The notes under the pieces: model-generated
Seen by the model: the letters and a program-made list of their open reading frames with translations, nothing else
Databases searched by the model: none
What the model was told of the DNA's origin: nothing
Shown: positions 55,515-64,000 of the stretch, piece after piece
How the letters are laid out: every line of letters begins with the position of its first letter
How positions within the stretch are numbered: the first letter of the stretch is position 1
Assembly: GCF_009914755.1 (NCBI RefSeq)
Contig: NC_060929.1
DNA: 64,000 bases
Source of the DNA: the human T2T-CHM13v2.0 reference genome, Homo sapiens
Direction: 5' to 3' (one strand)
Position numbers and translations under genes: made by a program

Positions 55515-55910
55515 TTGTTGCTGGTCAAGCACTATGGTAGCAGATGCTGAGATGTTTGAGGTACCATATGTTTATTGGGGCTCAGCATCAGTAAGAAGAA
55601 AGAGAAGGAAGAGGATTGAGCAGAGGGAGAAGCTAACTGCATGATACAGACCTGACAAATCTTCAGCCTACCAAGCGGAAAGCCTCGGAGAAAATATTGC
55701 TTATCAGAGTTGTCCTGTTTTGAGACAAAATGGTCAGATCATTTTATCACTACCTCCCTGCATGAAGACTGATCCAAGAATGGCATGACCTCACATGAAG
55801 CAGCTCTGTTCATTTGAGGCAGACCTTGCAGGAAGTGACAGCTGGAGATGGCTGCCAAAGCAAGTCCTTCTTTGAAAGGGATCTGGATGGGGCATCTCCT
55901 TGTTTACCAC
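55515..55910 (-). mobile_element. LTR40-like ERVL LTR relic
   Basis: GCAGATGCTGAGATG..TTTATTGGGG..GGGAGAAG..GGCATGACCT..TGAGGCAGACC..AAGTCCTTC..GGGATCTGG..CCACA. Confidence 0.6.
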
Positions 55911-56529
55911 AGAGTTCTAGCCACAATTCAAGCAATATTTGACACCAAGGTTTCCAATCAGGTAAACAAGGCACCAAGATAGAAGATTCAAGTCTTGAGG
56001 GGCAGAATATTGTGGAAAGACTGTCCCTGGTGTTCAGGATTTAGCTACAAGAACGATATTTTTGAGGAAGAAAATAGAAACAAGGCAGAGTGGTGAAATG
56101 CATGGCTGTGGTGCTGGGCTTTAGGATGTGACTCTCGTTATAGGCAAAAACTGGAGAACAAGAGAAACCAGAATTTGAGAGCAGTAGCCAATGCAAAGCT
56201 CTGTCAAGTAAAATAAACCACCAGCACAGGCAGGAGAGGAAGGCAGTGAGTAGAAAGGAAAACCAAGTACTGGAAATCAGTGCATAGAAGGAGCTCAGAG
56301 ACAGAAGGCCATGGATCCACATTTGTTACTGTAAACAATGATGCTAAGGTAAGACAAGCATTCTTCTTAATTCATCAAGAAGTGTCCAATTGAGTATTAC
56401 TTTCCATTACTTCAGCATTAATAGAATATGGAGTTTTCATTAAAATAAGTTGCACAACTATTTGACCAAGACTTTTGTTAACAATCTCTCAATAGGTAGA
56501 CATGCTTCATAAATATTTTTCATTTGTGA

Positions 56530-56842
<313 letters not shown>

Positions 56843-57779
56843 GAGAGAGTTGTAATGGCACAGGAAGACAGCAAAGTTAACACTTTCGGGAAAAGGTACA
56901 GGTCTTTTTGCTTTAACTGAAAATAATTCTAACTTAATTTCCGAGATAGCAAAATTAGTTCTGCTTTCTGTTACAACAAGGCTTACTTAGTTTACATGGC
57001 CAGGCCAGTCATAAGGAAGCAAAAGCAACATTCTGATAATTTAATTAAAATGCCTATTTTTACCTTCATGCTGCTTAAAAAATATTACTTTCAATTTTGG
57101 GGAAAAAATGAAAATTGAACTGATACCAAACATTGAGAGCATCAGGCTAAAAGCAATTTTAAAAATAAATATGTTCATACATTTTTTAAAAAAACAAAAA
57201 TTGATGCTAGTGGTAGCATGCATTTTGTAACATTGTAAGAGAGAAGATAAAAGTTTTACTTGCCTAAAGCACTGAAGAGATCATAGCTCTCACAGGATAA
57301 ATGAATAGCTGCTACTTTTTCATTTGATTTTCCACTTTGTCCACCACACTCCTTTTGCATTCATCTTTTAGGAAAAAGATGTTATAGTAGGTTGTTTAAA
57401 AATTTGAATCAAATACCTTTTTTGTTGTTAAATGAATTATGCTCAGGAGTGTTATTATAAAAAGCTACTAAAGCAAAAGTCAGGAATAAATATCACTAGA
57501 TGATTAGAAATAAGGACATTAACATATTAGGGATTCAACGGTTTAAGAAATCCTAATTTTATGGAGATGATAAGCCCTCTATGACAACAACTATTTAAGT
57601 AATTACCCTTATTGTTTGATGGATTGATTATGTGTTAAATTATTTAACACCAGTTTGTAAGATTTCTTTTGAGATGATGAAACCAGATGCAAACTTCATT
57701 TGCTTTTCCTCGTCTGTTTATACAAATATATGTATTTGTTTTTTATGTGGTGTATAAAAGTACAATCAGAGCTAATCTG

Positions 57780-58134
57780 TGCTATACACTGAATGTTTGT
57801 GACCCCTGAAAATGAATATGTTGAAACCTAATCTCCAACATGATGGTATTTGGGGTTAGTGCCTCTGGGAGGTGACAGGTCATGAGAGTAGAACTCACAT
57901 AAATTGGATTAATGCTCTTATAAAAGACACCCCAGAGAATTCACAAATCCCTTCTGCCGTATAACAACACAGTGACAAGATAGCCATCTATGAAACAGAA
58001 AGTGTGCCCTCAGAAGCCATTTGGTCTTGATTTCAGACTTTTCTGTCTCCAGAACTATGAGAACTACATTTCTGTTGCTTATAAGCCACCCTCTGTTTGG
58101 TATTTTGTTATAGCAGTGTGAATGGACTAATACA
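57780..58134 (+). mobile_element. MLT1A0-like solo LTR
   Basis: TGCTATA..CTGAATGTTTGTG.CCCC..AATATGTTGAAACCTAA ... TTTGTTATAGCAG..AATGGACTAATACA. Confidence 0.85.
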
Positions 58135-60816
58135 ATATTGAATTCTTTCAGCTGGAAATCTGTAATTGGTGTTTTTTCCATATTTACAGTACAATGACAA
58201 ATAACATCCTTGGCGATATCAGAAGGTCTGGTAGAAGGTTAAAGCATTTTCTGAACAATTAAAATGGATTATCTCATGTTTAGTAGATTGGTAGTGTTCT
58301 GAGTGTGTTTCTGTGTAAAAATTTTAATTCCTTAAAAAGTCAATAATATTTAAATTCTAAGCATATTAAAAAATTTGATTAAAATATCTCATCCTCTAAC
58401 TCTCATATATGTTTAATATGTCTTAGAAAGTAGAATTCGTAAGTTTTAAATTCTCTTAATATTGAAACTACACGTAACAGAAGAAATTTTTAAAAATGTA
58501 TCTACCTATCTAAAGTTAGACTTCCCAGAGTCTTACTGGACCAATAAAAAATACTTGCACAATCCAAACTTAGACCCACACATTCAGATTTGATTTTTAA
58601 AGACAGATACCTTGAGTCAAGAAAAAGAAAATCACCTGCCATAGCTATAAACACAGTTCTTTAGGAAAATTTTTATTATTTTTTCCTTTATTAATTTGGG
58701 TTAGAGTGAAAGAAAAATAGATCTGAGCTGGGGAGTTTTGGGTAAAAATAATATATACAACTTCAGACAGAAGGGAATGAATCAATATTTATTGAATGCA
58801 AAGTGGTCCATTTTGCTGATTATTTTTGCTACCTTGAGCGTAATCGACAGAAAATGGAATTCAGTTTGAAATTCAAAATTGTTTTGCTGTGGTCATCCTA
58901 CTATTTTGCAACATAATCACTAACACTTATAATAAATTCTAATTTAATTCTAGTCCTTTCTATAGGTTATCATAAAATAATCAATGTGGAGAAATCAATT
59001 CCTCCAAGTTAGTCCTACTCTCAGAAACTGGCCACAGCATGAGACTTACAGGAAACTTAGAAGTAACAGTTCTCAAAGAATATTATCTTTATAGGATGGG
59101 ATCTCCTACAAGATGGCCAACTAGACACAGCCAGGAAACACCTCTCCCCTGATAGACACAAAAATATCAAGTAAACTATTCCACTTTTAACCAATCTCAA
59201 AGAGAGGTGACACAGGCACTGGGGTTGAAGAGGGAGGAAGGTGGGAAGCCTGCGCGAAGTTGCTGAGTGCCGAGACTGGCTCCCAATCCTGAACATGTCC
59301 TAAGGGGCCGGTGAGTGAAGGAACTCTGGGGCACCACATATCCCACTGCAGACCTCTGGGATCCTTGCTGCAAGAGATTCCGTGATCCCCATAGACATTT
59401 GAACTGGCAGGGAGAACTACCCAGAGACTTGAACCTACACAGAGCCCCAAAGGTTTTTCCTGTGGGGCAGCTGCCCCAAACACATCCACAGGCACCCATA
59501 CCCCAGGGCTCTCCACCTTGCTCTGAATAACTCTAGCCCCTGCTGACTGCCAGTCTGGGAGATAGCAGGGCTGCCTTTCCTGTGGAACTGGGGCACACCT
59601 GATCCATGCACCTCCTTGTCTGCCAGCCCCTCCCAAGGCTGCCTACCTGGCCACTCCTGCACAGCCTCCACTGCCCCACCAGTGTTTTACCAGTGGCCTA
59701 AGAGCAGTTGGCTGCCTTCCCCGCAGTAGGAGGCCAGAGGACAAAGCCGCAGGTCTCAATGCCCCTAAGGTTCAAGCACACCATCCAGGGGCATTGAGCT
59801 GAGATCTGTGGCCTGAGTTCAAGCAGGAAAGGAGCCTCCACTCTCAGAACAGAGAAGAGTAAGGTGCTGGTTCCAGTGCCAGTGCAGGAGCTAGGTGTCC
59901 CTCCCTCTGCAAGACCAGTCCAGGAAGCCTGTAGCCTGTTGACATACCACAGCTTTTGCCTCAGGGAGTCCCAAAGCCTGGAACTCCTGGAATAGTAGGG
60001 CAATCTAGGTTCAGAAGGCTTGGGACAAATCTAGCTCCTCAGGGCTACTCCTGGGGCAGAAATCAAAGGGAAACCCAGTCAGGGGAGCGTGACCTGGGCA
60101 GCCGCTACAGCCATTCGCTGGGCAAAAAAAAACCTGGGTCACGGTCATTATACCAGATGCGCATCCATGACACCAATGCCTGCCTAAGGGTCCTCTGCCC
60201 TTGACGCACTGCATCACCAGACCACCCACAGACATTCCCCACAACCTCCTCTGACTGACAAGCTCAGTGAACCAGTGGATCTCTGGGGAAGTATGGGTCT
60301 CCTGGTGACCTAATCTTCAGCTCAGGCCACTCCTAAGGGAGGGGGAAATGCAGCCTACCACAGCACCCCTTGGGGTTGAGAAAAAACAAATGTAACACCA
60401 GTGATTGGAGGGACCACCCCCCCACCCCTAAGGCCAGGGAACAGATTTAGTAAGGAGGTCATCGCTCTCTCCCCCTTCCCCAGAGAACTGCTGTGAATGC
60501 ACTGACATGCAAAAGAGGCACATAGGTGGGTAAAAGCCTCTTAAGCATCATCTACTGGATCGCAGCCTGAGTTACACGAGCAAACAAAAATAAATTCCTT
60601 TAGCACACACAATGCCTGTGAAACCCAATTCAGGAAACTAGCCACTGCTAAGGAACCCATACAGAATCTTGGCCCTCTGAAAGCCCCCAGAAATGAAGCT
60701 AATAAACTATACACAATACACACCACTGTCAAACCCTCAGGGGGGAAAAGAATATATAAACAAAAGGCCATCCAAATGACAGCAACTTCAATTTTTTTTT
60801 AAATGAGCTCCCACAA

Positions 60817-61810
60817 ATGAGAAGGAATCACTGCAAGAAGTCCAGCAACCCAAGAAGCAAGATTGTTTCCTTACCTCCAAAGGATGGCACTAGCTCCCCA
60901 GCAATGAATCCTAACCACATCGAAATGTCTGAAATGACAGACATAAAATTCAGAACCTGAATTGCAAGGAAGATCAAGATTCTAGAGAAAGTTGAAATCC
61001 AAACTAAGGAAGCCAGTAAAACAATCCAAGAGTTGAAATATGGCATAGCCATTTTAAGAAAGAACCAAACTGAATTTTTGGAACTGAAAAATTTACTACA
61101 AGAACCTGAACATACAATTGGAAGCCTTAAAAACAGACTAAACCAAGCTGAGGAAAAAAATCCAGAGCTCAAAGACCAGTCCTTCAAATCAACCTGGTCA
61201 GATACAAACAGAAAAGATGTTTAAAATAAAAAAAATTTAATAATGAACACAGCCTTCAAGATATATGGGATTATGTAAAGAGACTAAACCTATGACTCAT
61301 TGGCATTCCTGAGAGAGAGTAAGCAACTTGGAAAACATATTTGAGGATACAGTCCATGAAAATTTCCCCAAGCTCATTAGAGAAATCAACATGAAAGTTC
61401 AAGAAATTCAGAGAATCCCTGCATAATACTATGCAAGATGACCATCACTAAGACACATGTCATGAGACTTTCCAACGTCAATGTGAAAGAAAAAATCTTA
61501 GAGCCAGCTAGAAAAAAGGGCCAGATCACATACAAAGGGAACCCCATCAGGCTAACAGCAGAATTCTCAGCAGAAATTACAAGCCAGGAGAGACTAGGGC
61601 CTATTTTCAGAATCCTTAAATAGAAGAAATTCAAAGCAAGAATTTCATATCCCACCAAACTAAGCTTCATAAGCAAAGGACAAATACATTCTTTTCCAGA
61701 TAAGCAATCATTAAGGGAATTTGCAATCACTAGATCAGGTTTATAAGAGTTCCTTAAGGAAGTTATAAACATGGAAACAAAAGAATGATACCTGCTACCA
61801 CAAAATACAC
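60817..61810 (+). pseudogene. L1 ORF1, fragmented
   Basis: Fragments LRKNQTEFLELKNLLQE..RLNQAEE and VKEKILEPARKKGQITYKGNPIRLTAEFSAE. Confidence 0.88.
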
Positions 61811-61875
61811 ATAGCCTACAGATCTTAGAAAGCGATTACACAATCAAGACTACAAAGCACCCAGCTAACAACATC

Positions 61876-64000
61876 ATGACAGGATCAAAACTCACATATC
61901 AATATTAACCTCGAACGTAAACAGTCTAAATGCACTACTTGAAAAGCACAGAGTGGCACATTGGATAAAAAACTTGTAGCCTCTATCTCCCCAGTCTCAC
62001 CTGGTGGTCTTCCCATCTCAGCCTCCCAAGTACCTGAGGACTACTCAAACCTTCTTCCTCTGGTTTTTTTCTAACCCCACTTTCAGTTTATTTCCACAGT
62101 ATTTAGACTGACTTGCTGTTGGATGTGTCTCTCTCTTCAGGGGACACATCTCACATATAACAACACCCATAGGCTGAAGGTAAAGGGATGAATAAAGATC
62201 TATCACGAAAACCGAAGACAAAAAGAGAGAAGGGGTCACTATTCTTATATCACATAAAACAGACTTTAACAACAATAAAAAAGGACAAATAAGGGCATTA
62301 CCTAATGATAAAAGTTTCAGTTTAACAAGAAGACCTCACTTCATAAATAGGCACCAAACATTAAAGCACCCCGATTTATATATATATATATATAATATAT
62401 ATATTTATAATATATATAATATATATTTATAATATATATTATATATATATTTATAATATATATTATATTATATTTATAATATATATTATATATATAATAT
62501 ATATTATATATATATTTATAATATATATTATATATATATTTATAAAATACTTCTAGGCCTACAATAAAACTTAGACAATCACACAATAATGGGGGGCAGG
62601 ACTTCAACACTCCCACTGATAGTGTTAGGCAGATCATTGAGGCAGAAAGCTAACAAAGAAATTCTGGACTAAAATTTAACACTGACCAATTAGAAATAAT
62701 AGACATCTACAGAATATCCCACTCAAAAAACTACAGAATATACATGCTTGTCATCTGCACATGGAACATACTCTAAAGCTGACCACATGTCCAGCCATTA
62801 AACATGTCCAGCCATTAAACATGTCCCAGTAAATTCAAAAAAATTGAAATCATACTACGCATACTCTTGGACCACAGTGAAATAAAAATAGAGACCAATA
62901 TTAAGAAGATCTATCAAAGCCACACAATTACATGAAAATTAAACTACTTGCTTCTGAATGACTTTTGAGTAAACAATGAAATTTATGCAGAAATCAAAAA
63001 CTCTTTGATATTAATGAAAAGAGAGATACAGCATATCAAAATCTCTGGTATACAGCAAAAGTAGTATTAAGAGGAAAGTTTAGTGCTGAACACCTACATC
63101 AAGGAGTTAGAAAGATCTCAAATTAAAATTCTAACATCACACATAGAGGAATAAGAAAAACAAAAATAAACTAACCCCAAAGCTAGCAGAATAAAAGAAA
63201 TAGCTAAAATCAGAGCAGAACTGAATGAAATTGAGACCTGAAAAATCTATACAAAGGATCAGCAAAACCAAAAGTTCCTTCTCTGAAAGGATAAACATGA
63301 TCAATGGATTGCTAGCTAAATTAATAAAGAAACAAGAGAGAAGATCCAAATAAGCACAATCAGAAATGACAAAGGTGACATGACAGGTAATCCCTGAGAA
63401 ATAAAAAAGATCTTGAGACTATTATAAACACCTGCATGCACACAAACTAGGAAATCTAGAGGAAATGGGTAAATTTCTGGAAACATGAAATCTCCCAAGA
63501 TTGAATCAGGAAGAAATTAAAACCCTGAACAGAACAATATGAGTTCTGAAATGGAATCAATAATAATAATAATAAAATCCTACCAAACAAAAGAAAGCCC
63601 TGAACCAGATGGATCCACAGCTGAATTCTACCAGATGTACAAAGAAGAGTCCCTGAATCTATTCCAAAAAATTGAGGAGAAGGAATTCCTCCCTAACTCA
63701 TCCTATGAAACTACCATCATCCTGAACCAAATTCTGTCAAAGACATAATGAAAAAAGAAAACTACCGGCTAATATCCTTGATGAATATAGACACAAAAAT
63801 TCTCAACAAAATACTAGTAAACTGAATACAGCAGCACGTGAAAAACTTAATTCACCACAGTCAAGTAGGCTTTATTCCTGGGATGCAAGCTTGGTTCAAT
63901 ATGCACAAATCAACAAACGTGATTTACCACATAAAGAGAATTGAAAACAAAAAACACATAATCATCTAAATAGATACAGAAAAAGTGCTTGATAAAATCC
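61876..64000 (+). pseudogene. L1 ORF2 (EN to start of RT), fragmented
   Basis: GACTTCAACAC.CCACTG (GDFNTPL), [42 protein letters not shown]. Confidence 0.88.
62376..62545. repeat. Pure A/T (TA)n-derived minisatellite, ~170 bp
   Basis: Seen directly. Recurring unit ~TATATATTTATAATATATATTA. Confidence 0.95.

Larger units (their letters stand above)
59093..64000 (+). mobile_element. 5' portion of an old primate LINE-1 (L1PA13-16/L1PB-like) with long 5' UTR; continues beyond the window
   Basis: CAAGATGGCCAACTAGACACAGCCAGG start. ~1.7-kb UTR. ORF1 ATG at 60817 and ORF2 ATGACAGGATCAAAA at 61876. Confidence 0.88.

Noticed and set aside
59057-60244. Cluster of ORFs and higher GC suggesting a gene or CpG island
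   Set aside because: This is the CpG-depleted 5' UTR of the old L1.

Overview
This is primate, almost certainly human, genomic DNA: it is AT-rich, repeat-dense and contains a near-consensus AluYa5. I can support no host protein-coding exon. 1-7160 is the 3' part of a HERV-K(HML-8)/HERVK11 betaretrovirus-like provirus: end of gag, pro, pol, env, PPT and a MER11 3' LTR. It is defective overall, but the pro and integrase frames are open. 10.5-28.0 kb is a nest of elements. An MLT1 LTR is split by a two-LTR MER4-group provirus on the minus strand. That provirus carries an AluY, a MER4A solo LTR (itself holding an internally deleted LTR27/28-like provirus), a MER30 with an expanded GAA/GGA tract, and a full-length L1PA7-like element. 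28-59 kb is mostly unique DNA with MIR, L2, DNA-transposon, MaLR, L1MA and Alu relics. 59.1-64 kb is the 5' part of an old L1PA/PB element. I found no new gene system. The most unusual signals are a ~2 kb block of old genomic DNA inside a Tigger2 with retrotransposition hallmarks (TSD, AATAAA, A-tail), several templated-insertion or repair scars, a pro-pol in-frame fusion, and two very young Ya5-lineage Alus. Repeat subfamily names come from my recall of consensus sequences and need RepeatMasker/Dfam confirmation.
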